From NCBI GenBank assembly GCA_030426125.1, contig JAUHZB010000001.1, positions 94,583 through 158,582 on the forward strand: a stretch of 64,000 nt of DNA, read 5' to 3'. This document shows positions 48,198 through 56,418 of the stretch, piece after piece (the stretch's first letter is position 1; each line of letters begins with the position of its first letter). The position numbers and the translations under genes were made by a program. The notes below the pieces were generated by a model. That model made no database searches, had not been told where the DNA came from, and saw only the letters and a list, made by a program, of their open reading frames with translations. The stretch is from a bacterium (GTDB lineage: Bacteria; Patescibacteriota; Saccharimonadia; Saccharimonadales; AWTP1-31).

Positions 48198-49751
48198 GTG
48201 TTAGAGATATTAGAAAATCCAGAAGTAGTAATTGAGGCAGATGTAGGACAAGTGTCTACTGAACCGCTTTTTGATATCACACAATTGCCAGTTATTGTCT
48301 CTGCCGATAGTATCGATTGGTTACGCGAAAGTCGTAATCAAGCTCGCCAAGAGGGTCGTGAAACAATTGAGTTTAATAGAGTATTACGCCAAGCTGGCGA
48401 GCAGACAGAAGTTCCTAGGTTTGTTGATCCACTAAGTACTGCCCATCAGGTTCTGGAGCATCAGGAAGGAAGCGAGCAGTATAACTCCTGTCTAGAGGCG
48501 CTTCGCCTAGATACGCACCGTTTGTTAAGCGAAGCCTATCGCCGGCTAAACTGGGAGTGGTTTCCGAAAAGTCGGCAAGATTACGATAGTGAAACAGGTG
48601 ATTTTTTCTCTAATAATGAGATAAATATAGGCGAATTAACTTTTAACGGATTAACTCCTAATGGACATAGCGAAGAGGAGGAGCGGAGAGTTGAGGAGTG
48701 GGTTGAAGAGGCTGGCACCTACCGTAAAATCGGGGCTTTTATAGCTGCAGAAGCGGTGGATGTAGATTTGTTGCCCATAGATCAACAGATAGATCAACCT
48801 ATAGATCAGGATCAAAGCGTAATTAACACTACTCGGATATCTTTATGTCCGGATTGGGCGATAGAGGAGTATCAATCTGCTCCAGACCAAACAAATAGTT
48901 ACGGTGGGTATGTGCCAGAAAAAGAAAAGTTCATGATTCGCAGTCTAGCTTTTGACAGCAAAACCAACAGTCGTTATGAGAGTCAATTAGCTATATCTGG
49001 TGAATATATAGATACCGAGACCATTGCCACTGCTATTAGTATTTTTGATGAAACTATTTCTAGTGATAGTTCCAAGAAAGAAGTAAATAATAGCTTATTA
49101 CTTACTAGTTCAGAAGTCGATGAGTGGGATTGGATCGAGCTATTAGATGAGTTAGCAAGCCAGAAACATAACATCGAAATCTTTATGGGTGAAGTACTAC
49201 CCGAAGGGCAGGAGAAGAATTACCAAGAAGCTAAACGTAGTTCAGAGGATCGCTATCAGGCGCTAGAGGATCACGCCGATCAGTTAACTTCAGATATCTT
49301 GATGCTAGCGAAAAGCGGTGTTGATTCTGAGGTAGCCGGTGGCATTATTGAAGCTAAGGTTAAGGGGTTGATGGTTGAAGATTGTAGCGCTAGGCCAGCC
49401 ATGGCTAGAGAAATGTTTAATGAGCAGACAGCTCTTGGCTTCCAGCGAGCTTTGAGCCTTGAACAACTAGGAGATATTACCGGAGCTAACTTGTTAAGGA
49501 TCGATGTAGCCGAGCAGGCACCTGCTGCTAGTTTCTGTGGGGCTGGTTCTTGTGGTCTAGAGAATGTAGATAAGTCTACACTAAATAGTGATAGTAATTT
49601 AGGAGACTTAATCGAGTCTGGTGATATAGTACTTAAAGACACTGAGCGACCTTGTTCTTGTGGTAAGAAGGGTATAATTTACGTTTTTAACGAGAAAAAG
49701 GTAACAAAATATTGCTCGGAGTGTGAAAGGCAAGAGACTAAAAGGGGATAG
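48198..49751 (+). CDS. Acidic hypothetical protein (517 aa) with C-terminal Cys-rich Zn-ribbon
   Basis: Long uninterrupted ORF with a GTG start. D/E-rich, with an internal IDQQ-IDQP-IDQD repeat. The C-terminus is FCGAGSCG…CSCGKKG…YCSECER. I recognise no family. Confidence 0.6.
   Translation: MLEILENPEVVIEADVGQVSTEPLFDITQLPVIVSADSIDWLRESRNQARQEGRETIEFNRVLRQAGEQTEVPRFVDPLSTAHQVLEHQEGSEQYNSCLEALRLDTHRLLSEAYRRLNWEWFPKSRQDYDSETGDFFSNNEINIGELTFNGLTPNGHSEEEERRVEEWVEEAGTYRKIGAFIAAEAVDVDLLPIDQQIDQPIDQDQSVINTTRISLCPDWAIEEYQSAPDQTNSYGGYVPEKEKFMIRSLAFDSKTNSRYESQLAISGEYIDTETIATAISIFDETISSDSSKKEVNNSLLLTSSEVDEWDWIELLDELASQKHNIEIFMGEVLPEGQEKNYQEAKRSSEDRYQALEDHADQLTSDILMLAKSGVDSEVAGGIIEAKVKGLMVEDCSARPAMAREMFNEQTALGFQRALSLEQLGDITGANLLRIDVAEQAPAASFCGAGSCGLENVDKSTLNSDSNLGDLIESGDIVLKDTERPCSCGKKGIIYVFNEKKVTKYCSECERQETKRG
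48777..48812 (+). repeat. In-frame 3 x 12-nt tandem repeat (ATAGATCAACAG/ATAGATCAACCT/ATAGATCAGGAT)
   Basis: Read directly from the sequence. It encodes IDQQ IDQP IDQD inside the 517-aa ORF. Confidence 0.8.
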
Positions 49752-49756
49752 CAACA

Positions 49757-49924
49757 GTGGATGATAAAGATGAGATTTATCAGGAACTAGTAGATAAAAG
49801 AAGTCCGGAATTCTTCTGCGATTATTGTGGTCACTATCCAATAGAGCCAGTTCATGGACACTTCATGTGCCCAGAGTGTCGGATGCCGACCAAGTGCTGT
49901 GAAGGTATACCAGCCGATGGCTAG
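49757..49924 (+). CDS. Mini Zn-ribbon protein (55 aa), unannotated in the ORF track
   Basis: GTG start 6 nt after the upstream stop. VDDKDEIYQELVDKRSPEFFCDYCGHYPIEPVHGHFMCPECRMPTKCCEGIPADG contains a CxxC…CxxC pair. Its TAG at 49922-49924 overlaps the nadD ATG (49917) by 8 nt. Confidence 0.45.
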   Translation: MDDKDEIYQELVDKRSPEFFCDYCGHYPIEPVHGHFMCPECRMPTKCCEGIPADG

Positions 49925-50510
49925 GATCGGTATTTTTAGTGGCAGCTTTGACCCTATACATAAAGGACATATTGCATTTGCCATGCAAGCCTTGGATCGA
50001 GCTAATCTAGATAAAGTATATATTTGTCCAGAGCGAAAACCACCTCGTAAGCCAGGTATTACTCATGCTCATCATCGCTTTGAAATGGTTAAATTAGCTA
50101 CTCGGGCGCACACTAATATTGAGCTACTGGAATTGTTAGGTAATAACTTTACGCCGGCTAAAACGCTTACTCGGTTGAAGCGTAAATTCCCAAAAGATAC
50201 GTTAATCTTGCTTATGGGATCGGATCTATTCGAGCATATGCATAGCTGGAAGAATGTCGATATTTTACTCCGTAACGTTGGCTTGGTTATCGGTGCTCGA
50301 GGTAATTACGAGGTTACCGAGTCGCTGGCAGTTGCCCATAAACTGCCAAGACAGCCAAGAGAACTTACAATACTGGACAGCATTGAACGAGATATCTCAT
50401 CAAAACAGATACGTACTCAGCTAAAAGGGTACCACAGCTCCAAAGCAGTCCTAGCTAGTGTTTCTAGGTATGCCAAAGACCATTGGTTGTATGAGAAAAT
50501 TAAAGAATAG
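49917..50510 (+). CDS. nadD: Nicotinate-nucleotide adenylyltransferase
   Basis: MARIGIFSGSFDPIHKGH carries the GxFxPxHxGH motif at the N-terminus. The longer track ORF (from 49854) adds a non-homologous Cys-rich extension read from the Zn-ribbon gene in another frame. Confidence 0.85.
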   Translation: MARIGIFSGSFDPIHKGHIAFAMQALDRANLDKVYICPERKPPRKPGITHAHHRFEMVKLATRAHTNIELLELLGNNFTPAKTLTRLKRKFPKDTLILLMGSDLFEHMHSWKNVDILLRNVGLVIGARGNYEVTESLAVAHKLPRQPRELTILDSIERDISSKQIRTQLKGYHSSKAVLASVSRYAKDHWLYEKIKE

Positions 50511-50551
50511 TCAGCTAATCACAAATTTCTTTGTGTTACAATTATCCAAGT

Positions 50552-51202
50552 ATGAATAAACAATTTGTAGCCATAGTAGTAGTCGTTTTAGTAGGTCTGT
50601 TCGGAATATTTTACTTTAATAAAGATAGCGCCAATGCACCAGCTAGTGGTGATGATAGTTCAAATTCACAAACTACCGGTAGTAATCACACTTTAGGTAA
50701 AAATACCAAAAACGTTACCTTAGTCGAATATGGCGATTTCCAGTGCCCAGCTTGTGCTGCTTATGAGCCAGTAGTTCAGGAGATTAGAGAAAAGTACCAA
50801 GAAGAAATTTCTTTCCAGTTCAGACACTTCCCATTGCAACAAATTCATCCTAACGCCAGGGCTGCATCTAGAGCTGCTGAAGCGGCCGGGCTTCAAGATA
50901 AGTTCTGGGAAATGCACGATTTACTATACGAACAGCAACAGGTCTGGAGCTCTAGCACTACCGTCAATAGTATTTTCGAAGGTTATGCTCAGCAGTTGGA
51001 CCTAGACATTGAGCAGTACAAGCAAGACTTTGCTTCTGAGTCTGTTAACGATGTAATTAATGCAGATTTTTCACAAGGAACTCAAGACGGTGTAAATTCG
51101 ACCCCTTCATTTGTGTTACAGGGCGAATTAATAAACGATCCGCCACAAGACATTGAAGGCTTTAGTGAGCTAATAGATAAAGCTATTGCTGAAAATAACT
51201 AA
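50552..51202 (+). CDS. Membrane-anchored DsbA-family thiol:disulfide oxidoreductase
   Basis: N-terminal TM segment and CPAC active site in VEYGDFQCPACAAY. ATG at 50552 is preferred over the TTG at 50531. Confidence 0.85.
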   Translation: MNKQFVAIVVVVLVGLFGIFYFNKDSANAPASGDDSSNSQTTGSNHTLGKNTKNVTLVEYGDFQCPACAAYEPVVQEIREKYQEEISFQFRHFPLQQIHPNARAASRAAEAAGLQDKFWEMHDLLYEQQQVWSSSTTVNSIFEGYAQQLDLDIEQYKQDFASESVNDVINADFSQGTQDGVNSTPSFVLQGELINDPPQDIEGFSELIDKAIAENN

Positions 51203-51233
51203 TAGATAAGTTATAAGTTTGTTAGGTTGGCGT

Positions 51234-52937
51234 TTAGCTATTAACTTTAGCTAGCTCTTCAGCTTCAAAGTTGTGCTGTAGTTGACCTAGATGTTTGTCT
51301 TTGAATTTACGGTACTCGGTTTTCTTAAAGCCATTGCGTTTAATGAAGGCGCTAATTTTTTCGCTACCAATGTAGTGCGGTAACATCACATAACTAGCTC
51401 CAAGACCGTAGAGTTCGGCTGCTTCATGGGCTGTGTTGGCGTGACAGATTATTACTACGTTTTGGTTTTTCTGAGTTACGAACTCGACTATCTGACGATT
51501 GCTATCAAAGTCGCCGATATGTGAGATGACTAGTTTTGTTTTAGAAATATTTAGTTCTTCAAGAAGTTCTGGGTCGGTTGCATCACCATAGATGTATGGG
51601 ATTTGCTTTCGATCTAATTCTTCAATAGCCTCCGGATCATAGTCAATTACTAGATTTTTCTTGGTTAAAGATTTTAGCACCTTAACGAAGCCACTACCGC
51701 CTTTCCGATAGCCGACTAGGATTGCTTCGTAAGAAGTGTTGGTTTCGAATTCGCTGCGGATTTTTTTACGTTCAAATATAGTTAAGTATTTTTCTAAACG
51801 TTTATATAGGCCATCGGAGTATGTGATCATATAGGAAGAAATTGCGATGGTTGCAATTGCTACGAAGGTTATTAAGGAGACTACTTCTTCACTTATCTGG
51901 CCATTTTTTAGACCGAGCAGGATGAATATTAGTGAGAATTCGCTGATTTGAGCTACGGCTAGTCCTGCTTTGAACCCGGTCTTTTTGGTGAAACCAAGCA
52001 TGCCCATAATGCTTATAACAATAATTGGATTTCCGATAAGAACTAGCGTTGAAAAACCAATGGTTTGTAGGAATATAGAGCTGACACCATCGAAATTAAG
52101 CTTTGATCCGAGAGCTATAAAGAAAACTACAATAAAGAAATCTCTAAGTGGTCTGAGGCGTGAACTTATTTCCTGCGCATAATTCATAGTTGCAAGAGAT
52201 ACACCTGCGACTAGTGCACCTACCTCTAAACTGAATCCGGCTGCATGAAACAGTGAAGCAACTCCAAACCCCCAAGCGATGGCAAATAAAAATAGCATCT
52301 CTTGTGATTTGGATAAAAAATTGCCCATTGGTTTTAAGACAAAATGCGAGAACAGTAGAGTTAAACCAATTAAGCCAATTCCTCTGACTAGTAGTATGGC
52401 TATTGAGGCCGGGTCGATAGATTCTGCGCCAGATGCCGAAGCTATCAGGAGGGCGATAGTAGCGACAACATCCTGGACTAATAGAAAGCCGATAGATATT
52501 TTTCCATATAGTTTATTATGTTCTTTTTTATCGGTCAGTAACTTAAGGATTATAATTGTGCTAGAAAAGGCCAAAGCAACTGATATATACAGAGATGGGA
52601 TAAGTGGATAACCGAATAATTTAGATACCGCCAGGCCGGCAAGAGTGGTGAATATTATCTGACCGACTCCAGTTAGCACTGAAACTTTACCAACCTCTTT
52701 TATGATTCGTGGGTTTAAACCAAGACCAACTAGAAAAAGCAGCAGGGCAATACCAAAACTACCAAGAAGTTCAATAGTCTCACCAGATTTAATTAAACTA
52801 AAAACTGCAGGACCTAATAATATACCGCTAATAATATGACCAATTATTAAAGGTTGTTTAAGGCGCTTCATGAGCATTGCTACAACTGTAGCAAACACAA
52901 TAACTAAACTAATTTCAGTAAATATATTTATGGCCAT
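51234..52937 (-). CDS. CPA2-family cation:proton antiporter with C-terminal RCK/TrkA-N domain (KefB-like)
   Basis: About 12 TM segments of Na_H_exchanger type (GHIISGILLGP). A cytoplasmic Rossmann-like domain follows (ILVGYRKGGSG…GDATDPELL). Confidence 0.85.
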   Translation of the reverse strand: MAINIFTEISLVIVFATVVAMLMKRLKQPLIIGHIISGILLGPAVFSLIKSGETIELLGSFGIALLLFLVGLGLNPRIIKEVGKVSVLTGVGQIIFTTLAGLAVSKLFGYPLIPSLYISVALAFSSTIIILKLLTDKKEHNKLYGKISIGFLLVQDVVATIALLIASASGAESIDPASIAILLVRGIGLIGLTLLFSHFVLKPMGNFLSKSQEMLFLFAIAWGFGVASLFHAAGFSLEVGALVAGVSLATMNYAQEISSRLRPLRDFFIVVFFIALGSKLNFDGVSSIFLQTIGFSTLVLIGNPIIVISIMGMLGFTKKTGFKAGLAVAQISEFSLIFILLGLKNGQISEEVVSLITFVAIATIAISSYMITYSDGLYKRLEKYLTIFERKKIRSEFETNTSYEAILVGYRKGGSGFVKVLKSLTKKNLVIDYDPEAIEELDRKQIPYIYGDATDPELLEELNISKTKLVISHIGDFDSNRQIVEFVTQKNQNVVIICHANTAHEAAELYGLGASYVMLPHYIGSEKISAFIKRNGFKKTEYRKFKDKHLGQLQHNFEAEELAKVNS

Positions 52938-52990
52938 TATTTAATGTTTATCTTTATTTTTTTTGTTTAATCCTTTAATGGAGTTAATTA

Positions 52991-53230
52991 TTATTTCTTA
53001 GTTGGTCGGATAGCAAGCCCTAGAACAACACCGCCAAGAACTAACAGGGCGGCACCAAAGCCGATCAGAAGAAGTTGGATGTTTTCATATTCCTGAAGAT
53101 TTCCTAGAAGGATTACACAAGCTCCGGCAAATAGAATTCCGGTTGCGGCAAAAATGATGCCCCCGTCATCTACGCGGTTTTTGTTTGTTCTCTTGGTTCT
53201 AGATACTTTTTTCTTGGTTGTTTTAGCCAT
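52991..53230 (-). CDS. Small two-TM membrane protein with basic N-terminus
   Basis: MAKTTKKKVSRTKRTNKNR followed by two hydrophobic helices. I recognise no family. Confidence 0.5.
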   Translation of the reverse strand: MAKTTKKKVSRTKRTNKNRVDDGGIIFAATGILFAGACVILLGNLQEYENIQLLLIGFGAALLVLGGVVLGLAIRPTKK

Positions 53231-53342
53231 TTTTATTACCTTTCGCTTGGATTGCTGATTTTAGTATACAAAATATAAAGCATAACTACAATTAGGTACA
53301 GAAATATGCATGGTAAGTGTAGTTACGATACATATTTAGTAC

Positions 53343-53432
53343 TTAGTACTGAAGGTATTTTTGCCAACTTGGTCGTTTTACTTTTACTTCCACTTTTTGT
53401 CCTCTACTTATTGTTTTTATTTTAATACCCAT
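53343..53432 (-). CDS. Candidate 29-aa basic micro-protein
   Basis: I read MGIKIKTISRGQKVEVKVKRPSWQKYLQY from the minus strand. A GAGGT Shine-Dalgarno lies 5 nt upstream of the ATG (53432) and the TAA stop is at 53345-53343. It sits inside an otherwise empty 364-bp gap. Confidence 0.35.
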   Translation of the reverse strand: MGIKIKTISRGQKVEVKVKRPSWQKYLQY

Positions 53433-53543
53433 ACTTACCTCACTTAATACAAAAAATCCCGTCTCAAAAAGATTATTTGTTTGTTAATATTTTTTTGTTT
53501 TTCCCGGCTAGACTCTCGCTTGCCTTGTCGAAGAATGCTATCC

Positions 53544-53572
53544 ATTATTACTTAACTAAATGCTTATGTCAA
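53544..53572 (-). promoter_or_regulatory. Sigma70-like promoter candidate in the 53231-53594 gap
   Basis: Minus strand: TTGACA (53572-53567), a 16/17-nt spacer, then TAATAAT (53550-53544). The spacer begins with an AAGCAT motif variant. Confidence 0.35.
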
Positions 53573-53594
53573 GTAATTATTCGTAGTATTAGGT

Positions 53595-55133
53595 CTATTG
53601 TTTTGAGTACTTATTAATCTTGAACAGGATAGATGCGGTAGATAATGCCATAACTATAAATAACAAACTGTTATAAGCCCTAGATCCGGTATCAGCTAGG
53701 TTGCCTTGTCCTGAAGTTGTTTCAGGGTCTAGTGTTGTTGTAGCATCTCCAAGCACTGTCTGATAAGCTCCAACGTCCCAATGATTAGCATCACGAGCTA
53801 CACCCCGAGCATCTGTAGAAATACCAAGTACTGCGCTTCCCGCACCAATTGCTGGTGAACCTGACAGTAATTCCATAGTTGGCACCATGCCTCCATTGTT
53901 TTGCAGGGGCCCGAGTGTTGACAAGATATTATTGACGTTCTGTTGGTCTCCAGGCTGGTTAAAGTCTTCACAGCTATCGTCATCAGAGATGTTGTAGCCT
54001 GCTGAAACTATATTCGGTATTCCTTGTCCACTTCCGCCAAATATAGAGGTAAAGTCTCCCTCTGCACAGTTGCTTGAAACACTACTAGAGGTGTTATTAG
54101 CCATAAGGCTGTTTGATACTGTCATATTTACTGTACCTACTTCCTCGGCCGCGGCGCCCGAGCCAACCGCGTAAAACGCCCCAGATTTAATTCCAGCAAG
54201 AGGACCAGTTCCATTTGCACCGTGGGTGTTAGTTATTGTTATGTTATCAATATCCATATCAACAGTTGAATCGCCATCATTATTCGTGAAAGCTACCCCG
54301 TTGAACGGTGCTGTCAATGCCTCGCCAGTTATGTTAGTAATGGTGGTATTCGAAATGTTAGCGTTTATTGTTCCGGAGCTTCCACCAAATGTGCCCACAT
54401 GCATAGCTAAGCCATTTATACCCTCAGATCCAGTTGAATGAATATTATATAAAGTAGTATTTGTAACTGTGGCTTCGGTATGACCCTGTTCCGATAATGC
54501 AACCAGGAAAGCGTTGATGTATTTTCCAATAGTAGTAATGCTGTGAATATACACATTACTTGAGTTTAACTCGTGACTTTCCCCGTCACTATTGAAGTGC
54601 GCGATCCCAAATATTTGGCCACTACTGTCGGCATTTGTTCCATCAACTTCAATATTGTCTAATTCTAGATCAGAACTTACGATATATATTGCAGCGATAT
54701 TATAAGCTGTAATTGATAAGTCTTTGATTGAAACAGATGACACTCCAGTAACGTAGAAGCCGCTGTATTGGCCGTTATCTCCATCAATAATTGTATCTCC
54801 CATGCCTGCACCCTGAATTACAGCGGGATTCGTTAACTCCAATATGTCTTCCGATAACGTAATAGTCCCTGCTGGTATTGATATAGTGTCGGTACTGCCA
54901 TCGCCCGCCAAACAATCTGGGTAGGTCTGAGCTTGATCGTTGATGTTGCCAATAGCTTCACTTAATGCACAAGATCCATTAGTAGTAGTTTCATCCGTTC
55001 CTGTGGCAACATTTAAGGTTGCGGCATGAGCATTACCGCTGGCTATTATTATTGTTGCAAGCAGTGCAACGAAAAAGAGTATGAATTGATATTTTTTGGC
55101 TATTTGTTGTATTGCTGGGTTGAAGGATAACAT
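53595..55133 (-). CDS. Wall-anchored beta-helix surface protein, CSLREA-type N-terminus + choice-of-anchor-Q-like C-terminal module + LADTG signal (paralogue B)
   Basis: Signal peptide ending in AHA followed by ATLNVATGTD. GSCALSEAIGNINDQAQ is present. Beta-helix rungs include ISNTTITNITG and IDNITITNTHG. The C-terminal module is LSTLGPLQNNGGMVPTMELLSGSPAIGAG…TDARGVAR…WDVGAYQ. LADTG (53685-53699), a hydrophobic span and KINKYSKQ end the protein. Confidence 0.85.
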   Translation of the reverse strand: MLSFNPAIQQIAKKYQFILFFVALLATIIIASGNAHAATLNVATGTDETTTNGSCALSEAIGNINDQAQTYPDCLAGDGSTDTISIPAGTITLSEDILELTNPAVIQGAGMGDTIIDGDNGQYSGFYVTGVSSVSIKDLSITAYNIAAIYIVSSDLELDNIEVDGTNADSSGQIFGIAHFNSDGESHELNSSNVYIHSITTIGKYINAFLVALSEQGHTEATVTNTTLYNIHSTGSEGINGLAMHVGTFGGSSGTINANISNTTITNITGEALTAPFNGVAFTNNDGDSTVDMDIDNITITNTHGANGTGPLAGIKSGAFYAVGSGAAAEEVGTVNMTVSNSLMANNTSSSVSSNCAEGDFTSIFGGSGQGIPNIVSAGYNISDDDSCEDFNQPGDQQNVNNILSTLGPLQNNGGMVPTMELLSGSPAIGAGSAVLGISTDARGVARDANHWDVGAYQTVLGDATTTLDPETTSGQGNLADTGSRAYNSLLFIVMALSTASILFKINKYSKQ

Positions 55134-55157
55134 TATATTTTCCTATTCGTTGGTGAT

Positions 55158-55186
55158 TATTATACCTAGGCATTAATGCTTATGCA
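55158..55186 (-). promoter_or_regulatory. Sigma70-like promoter for paralogue B
   Basis: Minus strand: TTGCAT (55186-55181), a 17-nt spacer, then TATAAT (55163-55158). An AGGAAA RBS lies 8 nt before the ATG. Confidence 0.5.
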
Positions 55187-55266
55187 AAGATTACCTCAAT
55201 TCTTTCTAGTTTGGGTGCTAGAGTTAAACACTCGACAGATAATCAAATAAACCGTAATCTATATGT

Positions 55267-56313
55267 ATGATTAAGCTTTTGGCCATTATTCTTTTGACCC
55301 TACTTACTATTGGCAGTGTTTCTCTGCAAAAGACTTACTCAAAATATAGTCGTAAAGAACTAAAAAGACGAGCTAATAAAGGTGACGAATTGGCCGAAGC
55401 GCTGTGGCGAGCAGTTTCTTTTGGTCTAAGCCTAGACGTCTTGCTGTGGGGATTAATAGGATTTAGTGCAGCAGTATTATTCGTGCTACTTTCTACCACT
55501 TTACCCGGTTGGATGGCTATTCTGGGTTGTGCATCAATACTGTGGTTGGCTTTTGCATGGTTGCCGAATGTTCGAGTTTCACAACTTAGTGAAAGAATTG
55601 CTCGGGCGGTAGCTCCATGGCTGGCTAAGGTAATGCAGAAGCTGTATCCACTACTAAATAGAATTGCTAAGCTAGTCAGCAAGCACAGTAAAATACATTT
55701 CCATAGTGGACTGTATGAAAAAGAAGACTTAATTGAGCTTTTAGAATCCCAGCGCAAACAACCAGATAACCGAATGAGCGATTCAGAGATTAATATTATT
55801 AAACACGCCCTTAGTTTTAGCGATGAATTAATCCGTGATGTTATGACTCCTAAGCGAGTTATTAAATCGGTTAAAGCTTCAGATAGTTTAGGACCCATAC
55901 TGATGGCTGAACTACATGATAGTGGTTTCTCTCGCTTTCCAGTGGTTGGCGACGATGAACATATAGTCGGGACCCTTTATCTACGAGACCTAGTCCAGGC
56001 CAAAGCTAGTGGTGAAGTAAAGAAGCTAATGAGCAATAAGGTTTACTACGTTAACGAAGATAAACAACTGGGCCACGCTTTGCAGGCGTTTTTAAAGACT
56101 AAGCACCATCTATTTATCGTGGTTAATGGTTTTGAAGAGGTAGTTGGCCTGATTACCATCGAAGATGTTCTGGAGAGAATCGTTGGTAAGCAAATTGTTG
56201 ATGAGTTCGATAAATACGAAGACCTTAGAGCAGTTGCCGCCCTAGAGGCAAAAAAAGACGCCAAGAAGCATCAACATGTTAAGTCGGCACATGCTGAGTC
56301 TAGTGATAAATAA
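55267..56313 (+). CDS. CNNM/HlyC-CorC-family membrane protein (DUF21 + CBS pair, no CorC_HlyC C-domain)
   Basis: Three or four N-terminal TM segments. A CBS pair follows (IRDVMTPKRVI…GFSRFPVVGDD…HLFIVVNGFEEVVGLITIEDVLERIVG). Confidence 0.8.
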   Translation: MIKLLAIILLTLLTIGSVSLQKTYSKYSRKELKRRANKGDELAEALWRAVSFGLSLDVLLWGLIGFSAAVLFVLLSTTLPGWMAILGCASILWLAFAWLPNVRVSQLSERIARAVAPWLAKVMQKLYPLLNRIAKLVSKHSKIHFHSGLYEKEDLIELLESQRKQPDNRMSDSEINIIKHALSFSDELIRDVMTPKRVIKSVKASDSLGPILMAELHDSGFSRFPVVGDDEHIVGTLYLRDLVQAKASGEVKKLMSNKVYYVNEDKQLGHALQAFLKTKHHLFIVVNGFEEVVGLITIEDVLERIVGKQIVDEFDKYEDLRAVAALEAKKDAKKHQHVKSAHAESSDK

Positions 56314-56418
56314 TCCGGAGCTTTTTTACCAAGCAGTTGCTACCTAGTATAAGAAGGTGACTACCTATCGATTATCTGTTATGATTACATCTGTAAAACA
56401 GCTAAATAAAAGGGAAGA

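Noticed and set aside
48160-48200. A tRNA or other structured RNA gene suggested by GGTTCG and local hairpins. I also checked the GCTTCGAACCCC string at about 35059-35070.
   Set aside because: No acceptor, D or anticodon arm arrangement or T-loop consensus (GTTCGAATC) could be built. The second site is inside a coding region. I found no convincing tRNA, rRNA, tmRNA, SRP or RNase P RNA signature anywhere in the window.
49854-49916. The longer nadD start (MDTSCAQSVGCRPSAVKVYQP…) given by the ORF track.
   Set aside because: The canonical NadD N-terminus (MARIGIFSGSFDPIHKGH) begins at 49917. The upstream extension is the mini Zn-ribbon gene read in a different frame.
55335-55898. A 187-aa antisense ORF inside the CNNM/CBS gene. 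Similar nested ORFs include 34109-34519, 36264-36551, 49280-49642 and 28331-28543.
   Set aside because: Each is fully contained within a well-supported gene on the other strand or frame, and none has independent evidence.
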